A stretch of DNA of 64,000 nt, taken from positions 352,001 to 416,000 of the forward strand of contig CAXXMD010000003.1 in NCBI GenBank assembly GCA_963675755.2, in the 5' to 3' direction. Below, piece by piece: positions 30,285 through 39,876 of this stretch. The stretch is from a bacterium. GTDB lineage: Bacteria; Zhuqueibacterota; Zhuqueibacteria; Residuimicrobiales; Krinioviventaceae. Position 1 is the first letter of the stretch. Each line of letters begins with the position of its first letter. The position numbers were made by a program, and so were the translations under genes. Below the pieces are notes generated by a model. It was not told the origin of the DNA and made no database searches. It saw only the letters and a program-made list of their open reading frames with translations.

Positions 30285-31043
30285 ATGATAACCCCTTTCA
30301 GGAAAAATTGTTCACAAAGATCATTTTCCGGTCTGTTAACAATCTGGACTGTTTTGCTTGCAGCGTTTCCCATGTTTGCGCAAGTATCTGTATATAATAA
30401 CATCGTTTTCCAGCAATCCCCAAGACGCACATCTTTTTCTAATTTTAAAAGACCTCAGGTATTGCATGCAAACTATCAGATAGAATTGATATCTGGTGAA
30501 AATAAAGTCTATGGCGAAGAATTTCACAGCAACAATCCCTTTTCTATAACCAAATTCTCTTTTCTGCCAATCCCAGGACACAAAGGCTGGGGTATCACAG
30601 CTGCATACATCGACGAAACAATTCCCACAGCAGACCGATATTTTTACATCTCTCCACGTTACTATTTTCAAACCAGACATGGTTGCGTTATGTATGGATT
30701 TCGTTACCACTATTCGCTAAAATATGACGAGGGCCCAACCAAAGACAGGTTGCAGCCCCTCATTGCATATAAATATGGTAACCTGGAAAAATTATACATT
30801 TCTATCGATATTTTTTCTGAAAATGTTTTTGGCGTTTTAAATATCAGCATGAATTATATTTTTCCGGATAAATATAGCAGTATCTCATTGGGGTATGTGA
30901 ATACAAAACGAGGTATCTATAACGGCTTGTCTTACAGATTGAATTATAAAGTCTATAAACGGTTCATGTTTGTTTTTCAAGGGAATCTGCACAACAAGCA
31001 TTATAATACCGGTATGCAGGCAGGGCTGGGAGTTTTGTGGTAA
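30285..31043 (+). CDS. Hypothetical secreted/outer-membrane beta-rich protein
   Basis: Signal-like N-terminus, Tyr-rich alternating strands, C-terminal aromatic residue (W). Confidence 0.55.
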   Translation: MITPFRKNCSQRSFSGLLTIWTVLLAAFPMFAQVSVYNNIVFQQSPRRTSFSNFKRPQVLHANYQIELISGENKVYGEEFHSNNPFSITKFSFLPIPGHKGWGITAAYIDETIPTADRYFYISPRYYFQTRHGCVMYGFRYHYSLKYDEGPTKDRLQPLIAYKYGNLEKLYISIDIFSENVFGVLNISMNYIFPDKYSSISLGYVNTKRGIYNGLSYRLNYKVYKRFMFVFQGNLHNKHYNTGMQAGLGVLW

Positions 31044-31227
31044 AAAAGATTCTGTTTTAAAATTTGTGTCTAAACTTGAATTTATTAATAAACTTTCAGA
31101 ACACACATCAAGTGAATTATACAGTTTGTCATTCCATTTAATACAATTCGTGTGAATTACTGTTATTCGTATTTTCGTATTCTATCAAGTTAATTCACTT
31201 GAATCATTTATCAATTGACAACATGGC

Positions 31228-31258
31228 AAAAAAAAAGGTGCTGAGAACAGCACCTTTT
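31228..31258. terminator. Bidirectional intrinsic terminator
   Basis: AAAAGGTGCTG-AGAA-CAGCACCTTTT between convergent genes. Confidence 0.8.
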
Positions 31259-31260
31259 AA

Positions 31261-32508
31261 TTATTCATATCTCAAAGCATCTACAGGTTCTACATTTGCG
31301 GCTTTTCTTGCCGGAAACACTCCCGAAAGCAGACCAATCAGGGTAAGTATAATTATCGTCGTCAAAACAACACCATGTGACAATAGAGGCCTGCCAAGGA
31401 ACTGCATGGGTCCGTCTCCCTGGGCCGGCATCATCCATAGCAGCTTGATCACGCCAAGAGCAACGAGAAGCCCCAATCCACCTCCAATCGCAGATATAAG
31501 CAAAGACTCGAATACAAATTGTGAAATAATATGCCTTTTTTTGGCGCCTATAGCACGTTTGATTCCAATCTCACGAGTACGTTCTTTAGCCACAACATAC
31601 ATGATATTGGCTACGCCCACACCGGCAATCACCAGGGTCATTGCACCAATTACACCCAAAAAGATATTAATCCCTTTGAATACTTTATCGCTTTGTTTTT
31701 CCTGCTCGATAAAGTCCCACATGGGTACCGCTCGTTCATCCGTGGGATCAAAACCATATTTTTTACCAAGGATGCGTCTCACTTCAGATTTCACAAGTTC
31801 GCTATTATGTGGCTGGTCCGGCTTTACAATCAATTCTCCCAGATAACGATATCCGTAAATACTCTGAAAAGTGGAAAAAGGGATAATTGCACGCCGGTCA
31901 TCCGGACCGTTATTCATTGAAGTTTGCAGTTTCTTTGGCATGATCCCAATCACCTTGAATGGGATACCATCAATGGTCAGGCTTTGCCCGATAGGGTCCT
32001 GGCTACCAAACACATCTTTGGCTACTTCGCCTCCCAGAAAAACCACACGTTTCTTTTCAAGCTGGTCTTTTTGGTTTAAAAAACGCCCACCGGCAGCAGG
32101 ATATGTTCTGCGCAAAAATTCAAATTCCGGGTACACACCTTCCATAAAAGTAGAAGCACTTAATTCACCATTGCGCAGACGCACATGTCTGCCCATTTGC
32201 GCGTTAACAGCCACTACTTCGGGTATACTTTCCAATAAAATCCGAGCATCATCTTCAACCAGGCGAATGCGTCTGCCAATGGGCATTCCCTGGTATTTTT
32301 TGGTTGTCTGACCACCATAGATTCGGATGATCCGGTCACCGGCATTTAAAAATCCTTCTTTCATCCGGAAAGCCAAGCCTTCACCAAAAGCCATCAGCAG
32401 GATAACCGCCAGCGTACCCCAGGTGATTGCAATAGTGGTTAAAAACGCACGGGTCTTTTGCTTTTTTAAATCACCAATAAATTCCTGTAAAAAAATCATT
32501 ATTTGCAT
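31261..32508 (-). CDS. ABC transporter permease (MacB/FtsX-like)
   Basis: GGRFLN, GVGVANIMYV...ERTREIGIKRAIGA, PARKAA...P.DALRYE. Confidence 0.9.
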   Translation of the reverse strand: MQIMIFLQEFIGDLKKQKTRAFLTTIAITWGTLAVILLMAFGEGLAFRMKEGFLNAGDRIIRIYGGQTTKKYQGMPIGRRIRLVEDDARILLESIPEVVAVNAQMGRHVRLRNGELSASTFMEGVYPEFEFLRRTYPAAGGRFLNQKDQLEKKRVVFLGGEVAKDVFGSQDPIGQSLTIDGIPFKVIGIMPKKLQTSMNNGPDDRRAIIPFSTFQSIYGYRYLGELIVKPDQPHNSELVKSEVRRILGKKYGFDPTDERAVPMWDFIEQEKQSDKVFKGINIFLGVIGAMTLVIAGVGVANIMYVVAKERTREIGIKRAIGAKKRHIISQFVFESLLISAIGGGLGLLVALGVIKLLWMMPAQGDGPMQFLGRPLLSHGVVLTTIIILTLIGLLSGVFPARKAANVEPVDALRYE

Positions 32509-32523
32509 TGCGCAACCTTTTCT

Positions 32524-33762
32524 CTAGTATCGCAAACATTCAATAACATCCAGACGTGAGGCTTTGCGTGCCGGGAAATAACCGGCTAAAAATCCTATCA
32601 AGCCCAAAACTGCTGTAGATGCAATTGCCACACTCCATGACAATTCCGGATGTCCTACATATTCTTCTATTGGAAGCTTGGAAATCAGTTTAATCAAAAC
32701 AACTGCCAACGCCAGCCCGATTGCCGCACTCATACCAATTATCATAAAAGACTCGAACAGAAACTGGCCCATGATCTGCTTGCTTTTTGCGCCTATCGAG
32801 CGCTTGATCCCAATTTCCCGGGTACGCTCCTGGACCACAACATACATAATATTAGCGAGTCCAATGCCTCCAACAATCAGAGTGATAGTACCAATTATAC
32901 CCAAAAAGATTTTGAATCCCAGGCTGAAATAATATATAAACTTGTCCTGCTCGGTGGTATCCCAAATACCAAGAGCCTGTTTATCTGTGGGATCAAACTT
33001 TAATTTCTTGCCCAAAACTTTATATATTTTATCTTCCGCAATCTTGTTCCTGCGTGGATCAGCAACCTGGTATACTACATTACTTACATATACATAACCA
33101 TAAATGGATTGAAACGTAGTCATTGGCATAAATACACGATCATGATCGCGTGATGAATAACTGGAAGGCTGGGTCTTCTCTTGCAATACACCAATAATAC
33201 GGAAAGGGATATCTCCTACCATCAAATACTTGCCTATAACCGATGCATTCTCACCGTACAAAAGATCTCGCAGCTTGTACCCGATGAAACAAACCCGCCG
33301 TTTTTCCTTTAAATCCATATCATTCAACCATCTGCCTCCGGGACGAGGCAAAACATTGCGCATTGCACCGTATTCCGGGAGCATTCCGGCAATGGTAGCC
33401 TGGTTGATCTTGTCACCATGACGTACCGGAACACCATATTTAATAAACTCGGGACTTATGGCACTAAACTCACCGACTTCATTACGCATCAGTTCCACAT
33501 CTTCGGCACGTAAACGAATACGTCTTTCTTTATTATATCCCTGAAAAACCTTGCTGGTTCTTCCCGGCCACATGATTGCTATACTTTCACCCATGCCGTG
33601 CATGTTTTTTTTCATGGATTTTTCAACGCCAACACCAAAAGCCAGCAGCAATACAATGGTCATGGTTCCCCAAATAATACCAAACATGGTCATAAATGTT
33701 CGGCCTTTGTATTGCCTGAGGTAATAAAAAACTTCTCGAATATTATCTAAAAGCTGGTTCAT
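32524..33762 (-). CDS. ABC transporter permease (MacB/FtsX-like)
   Basis: TMFGIIWG, GIGLANIMYV...ERTREIGIKRSIGA, PARKAS. Confidence 0.9.
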   Translation of the reverse strand: MNQLLDNIREVFYYLRQYKGRTFMTMFGIIWGTMTIVLLLAFGVGVEKSMKKNMHGMGESIAIMWPGRTSKVFQGYNKERRIRLRAEDVELMRNEVGEFSAISPEFIKYGVPVRHGDKINQATIAGMLPEYGAMRNVLPRPGGRWLNDMDLKEKRRVCFIGYKLRDLLYGENASVIGKYLMVGDIPFRIIGVLQEKTQPSSYSSRDHDRVFMPMTTFQSIYGYVYVSNVVYQVADPRRNKIAEDKIYKVLGKKLKFDPTDKQALGIWDTTEQDKFIYYFSLGFKIFLGIIGTITLIVGGIGLANIMYVVVQERTREIGIKRSIGAKSKQIMGQFLFESFMIIGMSAAIGLALAVVLIKLISKLPIEEYVGHPELSWSVAIASTAVLGLIGFLAGYFPARKASRLDVIECLRY

Positions 33763-33771
33763 ACGCTCACC

Positions 33772-34878
33772 TTATATGATCTCTTTGATCTTTTTTTCCA
33801 GCACTTCATCACCTTCATTCAGACCAGAGGTAATCTCTATGGTAATGGCATCGCTTAAACCGGTTTCAATAAATTTTTCTGTGGCTTCTTCACCCTCGGG
33901 AGCAGGCAGCATAACAAAAGCAGAATCACTGCGAAAGGTTATCACACGTTCTGGTAAAGACAGTACACTATCTTTTTTCGCGATAATAACATTTACATTT
34001 GCAGAGAACCCGGCCCGTAATACAGCATCGTCGGCCTTGTCAATAACAATTTCTACAGGGAATACGGTGGTATTGTCTTCTTTACGTGCTTTAAGAGAGA
34101 TCAATGTTACATGCCCTGTAACTTTTTTGCCCGGTAACGCGCCAATTTGCAAGTCACAATTCATACCTTCTTTGATTTTGCCAACATCAATTTCATCAAC
34201 TGTGCCCTTGAATATCAAATCATCCATATTGGCCATTTTCATCAGTTCAGTACCCGCCTGATATGATGTTAAAGGCACAACCGGATCACCAACATTTACA
34301 CTTTTTTCAAGAATAAAGCCAGAAATGGGGGCCTTGACAACGGTTTCAATATCTGTATCTGCAATTTTCACTTTACCTTTTTCTATCAGGTCCAGTCCTT
34401 CTTTTGCAATTTTGTGACTCAAAACAGCTTGTTCATATTCCTGATTCAGGGTTTCATATTCCTGATCAGAGATCAGGCCTTTTTCAAGCAGGTTCTTTTT
34501 ACGGGCTATTTCTTTTTTAACAGTTTCAAGTTCAATCCAGGCGCTTTCAACCCGTCGTTTGGCAGCCGCCAGTTCAAGCGGTGTAGGATCGGGATTCACC
34601 TCTAAAATAACCTGCCCCTTTTCAACAAAATCCCCAACATCTACCAAGAGTTTCCCAACTACCCCGGAAACTTTGGATTTAACCGCAATCTCATTTCTGG
34701 GTTCAATAGAGCCCACCGCAAGGGCTTTATCTATAATATCTGCACGTGATACCTTGACTGTATTTTGGGGTGCTTCTTTTTTGCCAGTCTTTGACAAAAC
34801 AACAGCCGCACCAACAATTAATACCAATAATATAATGATCACGATCCAAACTATTTTTTTTCTGGATTTCCTTGCCAT
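33772..34878 (-). CDS. Efflux periplasmic adaptor (MacA/HlyD-like)
   Basis: TM anchor, VKSKVSGVV, KAPISG, VDEIDVGKI, GFSANV. Confidence 0.9.
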   Translation of the reverse strand: MARKSRKKIVWIVIIILLVLIVGAAVVLSKTGKKEAPQNTVKVSRADIIDKALAVGSIEPRNEIAVKSKVSGVVGKLLVDVGDFVEKGQVILEVNPDPTPLELAAAKRRVESAWIELETVKKEIARKKNLLEKGLISDQEYETLNQEYEQAVLSHKIAKEGLDLIEKGKVKIADTDIETVVKAPISGFILEKSVNVGDPVVPLTSYQAGTELMKMANMDDLIFKGTVDEIDVGKIKEGMNCDLQIGALPGKKVTGHVTLISLKARKEDNTTVFPVEIVIDKADDAVLRAGFSANVNVIIAKKDSVLSLPERVITFRSDSAFVMLPAPEGEEATEKFIETGLSDAITIEITSGLNEGDEVLEKKIKEII

Positions 34879-34938
34879 TTGGGTGATTCCTCCATAAATA
34901 ATAAATACCGGAATTAAAAAAAGGGCTACATGTATTAT

Positions 34939-34964
34939 TACGCATGCAGCCCTGAATTGTTACA
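34939..34964 (-). promoter_or_regulatory. ECF-sigma promoter TGTAAC-N16-CGTA
   Basis: Matches the SigW/SigX-type TG(A/T)AAC-N16-CGT(A) consensus about 60 bp upstream of the macA-like start. Confidence 0.65.
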
Positions 34965-34992
34965 AAAATAGAATGAATAGTTTTCACCTATT

Positions 34993-36144
34993 TCATGCGG
35001 CAAGTTCCAAAATTTCTTCAACTTCTTTAAACGTAATCTTGCCATGCTCACCCAACTTAACCTTGCGGTTTTCAAGTTGTGTTACAGCTTTACTACAATC
35101 TGCCGGTGTCAAATCCACATCCTTCAAGCTCACCGGTACCTGCATCTGCTTGAAAAACGCAACCGTTTTTTCTATAGCATGATCAATTGCTTTTTCATCA
35201 TCAGAGGTCTCAACGCCCCAAACTCTGCGGGCATATCTCGCAAGCTTTTCACCTTTTTCTTTGCGTTGATGTTTCCAAACTGCGGGCATTACAATTGCCA
35301 GCGTGCGGGCATGATCAATTCCATAAAGTGCGGTTAATTCATGACCTATCATATGCGTTGCCCAGTCCTGAGGCACTCCGGTTCCGTTCAAATGATTCAG
35401 AGCCATTGTAGCAGCCCACATAATATTGGCACGCACATCATAATCCTTTGGATTCTCAAGAGCCTTGGGGCCTTCTTCAATCAAGGTCATCAATAGTGCT
35501 TCTGCATATCTGTCCTGAATAGGTGCATTTACATCATAGGTCATATATTGTTCCATAATATGAGCAAATGCATCTACAACACCATTAGAGATTTGTCGTA
35601 CCGGTAATGAAAATGTGGATTCAGGGTCCAGGACTGAAAATTTCGGATATACATTGGGATTTCCAAAAGCCAGTTTTTCACCGGTTTCATCTCTCGATAT
35701 CACGGCATTCATGTTCATTTCTGACCCGGTAGCCGGCAAAGTCAACACGCTTCCAAAAGGCATAGCAGATTGTATTTTAGCACCGGATGTCAAAATATCC
35801 CAGGGTTCGCCATCAAACTTGACTGCTGCTGAAATAAACTTGACCGCATCCAGTACCGAACCGCCACCAACCGACAATACAAAATCCACTTTTTCCTTTT
35901 TAATCACATCTACCGCCTTCATACAGGTAGTATACTGTGGATTTGCTTCAATTCCGCTGAATTCAACAATATCATAACCAGTTAATGCATTCATAACCTG
36001 ATCATAAACGCCGTTATTTTTTATGGAACCGCCACCATAAGCGATCATAACCTTTGAGGATTTATCAATCAACCGAGACAATTCTTTTATAGTACCTTTA
36101 CCAAAAACAATTCGTACTGGATTATAAAACTCAAAATTATACAT
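34993..36144 (-). CDS. yqhD: Iron-containing NADPH-dependent alcohol dehydrogenase (YqhD/BdhA-like)
   Basis: NP.RIVFGKG, YGGGSIK, VGGGSVLD, TLPATGSEMN, DWATHMIGHELTA, DHARTLA. Confidence 0.9.
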   Translation of the reverse strand: MYNFEFYNPVRIVFGKGTIKELSRLIDKSSKVMIAYGGGSIKNNGVYDQVMNALTGYDIVEFSGIEANPQYTTCMKAVDVIKKEKVDFVLSVGGGSVLDAVKFISAAVKFDGEPWDILTSGAKIQSAMPFGSVLTLPATGSEMNMNAVISRDETGEKLAFGNPNVYPKFSVLDPESTFSLPVRQISNGVVDAFAHIMEQYMTYDVNAPIQDRYAEALLMTLIEEGPKALENPKDYDVRANIMWAATMALNHLNGTGVPQDWATHMIGHELTALYGIDHARTLAIVMPAVWKHQRKEKGEKLARYARRVWGVETSDDEKAIDHAIEKTVAFFKQMQVPVSLKDVDLTPADCSKAVTQLENRKVKLGEHGKITFKEVEEILELAA

Positions 36145-36230
36145 CTAAAATTACTCCTTTTTTTATACAGTCATAAAAATAATAAAATCTCTAAACATTT
36201 AAAAAGGATTTGTTGGGTAAATTATTCCAT

Positions 36231-36268
36231 AAAAAAAGCCCTCTGCTTATTGGTACAAACAGAGGGCA
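36231..36268 (-). terminator. Intrinsic terminator of the MCP operon
   Basis: GCCCTCTG..CAGAGGGC stem with an A7 run on the + strand (U run on the - strand). Confidence 0.7.
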
Positions 36269-36300
36269 TGGCAGGACACTATTATGAGCAATGCAGTTTT

Positions 36301-38343
36301 TTAAAATCTTTCAAAATCACTGTCATATGAATCGCCTCCATTAGAAGATGTGGATTCAAGTTGAATATGAACACCACCATTAGCTTTGCTGGTACCATTT
36401 TTCGTATTGATTTTTGTAGTTTTTGCAACATTTATAGTCTTGTGTTGTCTTGCCCGCTTTGTAACATTGCCAATATTGAAAAACTCAACGGTTTCAAGCA
36501 ATTGTTCTGCCTGGCTGGACAATTCTTCAGAAGTTGATGACATTTCTTCAGCAGCAGAAGCATTCTGTTGAATAACCTGATCCAGTTGCTGCATGGCTTT
36601 GTTAACCTGCTCAACACCGGTACGTTGTTCTATACTTGCAGCAGAAATTTCCTGCACCAGGTCAGCAGTACGCCGGATATCAGGCACCAATTCTTTCAAC
36701 ATTTCACCGGCTTTTTCAGCGACTTCAGAAGAGGATCCGGCAAGCGTGTTAATCTCTGCGGCAGTTTGTTGGCTGCGCTCAGACAACTTGCGAACACCTT
36801 CCGCAACAACAGCAAATCCCTTTCCATGTTCACCGGCGCGGGCAGCTTCAATAGCAGCATTCAATGCGAGTAAATCGGTTTGGCGTGCAATCTCTTCAAT
36901 TATTGAAATCTTACTTGCAATTTCTCTCATCGCAGCTACTGTTTCATCAACTGCTCTGCCACTTTCCTCCGCATCTTTGGATGCTTTGGTGGCTATTTTT
37001 TCGGTCTGCTGGGCATTATCTGCATTAGCTTCAATGTTTGAAGCCATTTGTTCCATTGAAGAAGATGCCTCTTCTGAAGAAGCTGCCTGTTCAGTTGCAC
37101 CCTGTGACATTTCTTGTGAACTGGAGCTCAATTCCATACTACCAGATGAAACATTATCAGCAGCAGTTTGAACATCCATAATTACACTACGGAGTTTTTC
37201 AATCATGTTCCGTAACGCCTTGGCCAATTGGCCAATTTCATCATCCTGTTCCAAATCAAGTTCAGCTGTCAAATCACCGTTAGCAACACGTTTTGCAAAC
37301 TCTACACCTTTGATCAATGGTGCTGTAATAATCCGTGTCAGAAAGACTGCAAAAGAAATACCAATCAATAAAGCGAGTACCAGTCCAACGATCATGGTTA
37401 AAGATGATGATTTGAGTATTCCCACAGTATCTTTTGCAATGCCTTCAGTCTGGTTAATACCAGCCAATGCAACATTTTGAGAGCCTTCTAGCACCTGATT
37501 AGCAGATTGGTCACGTTTTACATTCAAATCTTCTAATTTATTCCAATCATCCAAAATAGCCAGACCCGTGTTTTTATAAAGATCCGCAGCTGCTTTGGTA
37601 TCATCAATCTCTTTAATATCCTGAGCTTTACGGGTAATTTCCCGCAATTCCAAAAACTTTTCATCCATCTGAGTAAATAGTGGAGTACCTTGTTCCATCA
37701 ACTCTGGCTTTCTTAATGCTTGAGATTTCCAAGCGATTAATCGTGCTGCATTTCCAAGATCTATCACATCATTTACAAGATTGATTTTACTAACCCGTTC
37801 TAACAATTTTTCATTACCGACATTACTGCGAATGTCTGATACCATTTGCGAGTTCTGACTCTGCAAAAACATACTACAACTCGTCATAAAATCTGCAGCG
37901 GCTTTATCCAGTTGCGTTTGTAATTTTGCCATATTTTGATTGGTTTGTTCGGTTTCATCAACCAGGTTTTTATAAATAGTAACTTGCTCTTCAACATTTT
38001 CAACAGATCCTTGTAATTTCACAAGATGTTTTGCATGGTCTGCAAGCTCAAGTGCATCGGACAAACTGGACTCTACTTCACCCAGATATTTACGTCCTTC
38101 ATCCAAAAACTTTTGTTCTTTTGTTAAACCATATCCCCTGATATTATACATTGTTAATAAAGAATTTCTTTCAATTTGATTTGCAACACCCACTTCAGGA
38201 ACATATTCATCTGCCAGCATATTCGCTTTTGTTTGCACTCTTGCCATATTTATAACGGCCATAGCTCCCAAAATAATCGATATGGCAATTAAAATCCCAA
38301 ATCCTAATCCCAGTTTTGTACCTAATTTAAAATTCTTTAGCAT
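36301..38343 (-). CDS. Methyl-accepting chemotaxis protein
   Basis: TM, periplasmic helical sensor, TM, HAMP, signalling hairpin [30 protein letters not shown]; C-terminal DFERF pentapeptide; ATG at 38343 with GGAGG RBS. Confidence 0.95.
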   Translation of the reverse strand: MLKNFKLGTKLGLGFGILIAISIILGAMAVINMARVQTKANMLADEYVPEVGVANQIERNSLLTMYNIRGYGLTKEQKFLDEGRKYLGEVESSLSDALELADHAKHLVKLQGSVENVEEQVTIYKNLVDETEQTNQNMAKLQTQLDKAAADFMTSCSMFLQSQNSQMVSDIRSNVGNEKLLERVSKINLVNDVIDLGNAARLIAWKSQALRKPELMEQGTPLFTQMDEKFLELREITRKAQDIKEIDDTKAAADLYKNTGLAILDDWNKLEDLNVKRDQSANQVLEGSQNVALAGINQTEGIAKDTVGILKSSSLTMIVGLVLALLIGISFAVFLTRIITAPLIKGVEFAKRVANGDLTAELDLEQDDEIGQLAKALRNMIEKLRSVIMDVQTAADNVSSGSMELSSSSQEMSQGATEQAASSEEASSSMEQMASNIEANADNAQQTEKIATKASKDAEESGRAVDETVAAMREIASKISIIEEIARQTDLLALNAAIEAARAGEHGKGFAVVAEGVRKLSERSQQTAAEINTLAGSSSEVAEKAGEMLKELVPDIRRTADLVQEISAASIEQRTGVEQVNKAMQQLDQVIQQNASAAEEMSSTSEELSSQAEQLLETVEFFNIGNVTKRARQHKTINVAKTTKINTKNGTSKANGGVHIQLESTSSNGGDSYDSDFERF

Positions 38344-38344
38344 G

Positions 38345-38896
38345 TTACGCCTCCTGCGCTTCAAGTTCTTTTTTGGGCTCTTTTTTATTTACCTTTTTAC
38401 TTTTCGGTTTTTCTTCAGATTGTTGAATATTGATGATATCATCCACTGAGAATATTTTATCAATATCTAATAAAATGATAAAGTCTTCATCACTTTTTCC
38501 CATTCCGTTAATGAAATCATTGTTAATTCGTGTTCCCATTTTGGGTGCAGCTTCAATTTGTTCTTTTAATAGTTCCATCACTTCATTAACAGAATCTGCC
38601 AGCAGCCCCAATGTTATGGATTCACCATCCAGCTTGACTTCAACAATAATGATACAGGTATCACGCGTATGTTCAACTTGTCCCATATCAAATTTCATTT
38701 TCATGTCAACTACAGGTACAACACTGCCACGCAAATTAATTACACCCAGCATAAATTCAGGTGTACGCGGCACCTTGGTAATTTTTGTTAAATCCAATAC
38801 TTCTTTAACTTTTGCAATATTTATCGCATATAATTCTTTATCAAGCCTAAAGGATAAATACTGCGGAAAATCATTCTGAACATCTTTACTCATCAA
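38345..38896 (-). CDS. cheW: Chemotaxis coupling protein CheW
   Basis: QYLSF.L, ITKVP.TP...GVINLRG.VVPVVD, GLLADSV.EV. Confidence 0.95.
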   Translation of the reverse strand: MMSKDVQNDFPQYLSFRLDKELYAINIAKVKEVLDLTKITKVPRTPEFMLGVINLRGSVVPVVDMKMKFDMGQVEHTRDTCIIIVEVKLDGESITLGLLADSVNEVMELLKEQIEAAPKMGTRINNDFINGMGKSDEDFIILLDIDKIFSVDDIINIQQSEEKPKSKKVNKKEPKKELEAQEA

Positions 38897-38897
38897 C

Positions 38898-39554
38898 TTA
38901 CCTCCCTAACGATTCTTGAAGAATATCTATATTATAATCATATTTAATTCCCACAACGGTATTGTTTGGCGAAAGCAAAAATATGGTATTTCCACAACAA
39001 TCAATATGTTCTATTTCATGGTTATGTATAGTAACCTTGATCTTGCCTGAGATTTTACCCTTGATCAAAACGAATGCTTTTGAAGGCGTTTCACATAGTT
39101 TTAATAGTTCAACACGTCGTTCTTTTAAATAATATAAAATCGAATCCAGTGTCCGTTGACGATTTATCAACTTGTCCATTTCTTCCTGGACATTACCAGC
39201 AATATTTTCTTTAATCGAGGTAGATATATTTTCAATTCGTTGTTCAAGACTTGCAATTTCTTCTTCCAAAGCATCAAGTTTATCTTCTATATCATAATCG
39301 CTGCCAACCTTGAAATGAATAACAGCATTTTCAGCAACCTCCACATCTTTGACAATTATCCTTTCCCCAGCCACTAAAATTGAATTTTGAGAACTTTTAA
39401 TCTTGCCATCAATCTGAATCGTCTCGGCAGCAAACAGACATGAATTTTCTACATCATTTTCTACAAAAATATTCTGACGTGTTTTATAAATTTTATTTTG
39501 AATGGATTTACATTCAATATTTGATTCTAAAAGTGAAATCGAACACATAGCCAC
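38898..39554 (-). CDS. Protein resembling the C-terminal part of FapA/DUF342
   Basis: Beta-solenoid-like repeats, VG.D followed by coiled coil, then I.G.I...I.VTI; first gene of the cheW-MCP operon. Confidence 0.55.
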   Translation of the reverse strand: MAMCSISLLESNIECKSIQNKIYKTRQNIFVENDVENSCLFAAETIQIDGKIKSSQNSILVAGERIIVKDVEVAENAVIHFKVGSDYDIEDKLDALEEEIASLEQRIENISTSIKENIAGNVQEEMDKLINRQRTLDSILYYLKERRVELLKLCETPSKAFVLIKGKISGKIKVTIHNHEIEHIDCCGNTIFLLSPNNTVVGIKYDYNIDILQESLGR

Positions 39555-39644
39555 CCTCTACACATTTTAACTTAAGTAGATACCACCCTGGCGATAACCA
39601 CCCACCAATTAATAACTATTAATCAATATAATTGATTCTTTTAT

Positions 39645-39660
39645 ATCAAATCCTGTACCA
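39645..39660 (-). promoter_or_regulatory. sigma54 (-24/-12) promoter TGGTAC-AGGAT-TTGAT
   Basis: Consensus TGGCAC-N5-TTGC geometry about 90 bp upstream of the operon start. Confidence 0.7.
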
Positions 39661-39678
39661 AAATTGCAAATCATTATA

Positions 39679-39691
39679 AATCAATAAGTTA
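39679..39691 (+). promoter_or_regulatory. IHF-like binding site AATCAATAAGTTA
   Basis: Exact WATCAA-N4-TTR match between the sigma54 promoter and the enhancer. Confidence 0.55.
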
Positions 39692-39721
39692 GGCGCATTG
39701 CAGGTGTGAGGAATTTATACA

Positions 39722-39740
39722 AATTGTCATTTTGACAATT
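39722..39740. promoter_or_regulatory. Enhancer (UAS) palindrome AATTGTCA-TTT-TGACAATT, copy 1
   Basis: Perfect 8-bp arms; identical copy at 39858-39876. Confidence 0.7.
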
Positions 39741-39857
39741 CTAAAAAATTTGCTCAAAATTATTACTTTTTTAAAGCATAAATCAACATATTTGCGGTTT
39801 TCGGGCAAATACCTGGATAAGAATAGCATTTGAAGGTTTATGAAATTGGATTTCCCC

Positions 39858-39876
39858 AATTGTCATTTTGACAATT
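39858..39876. promoter_or_regulatory. Enhancer (UAS) palindrome AATTGTCA-TTT-TGACAATT, copy 2
   Basis: Identical 19-mer touching the stop codon of the sigma54 activator gene. Confidence 0.7.
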
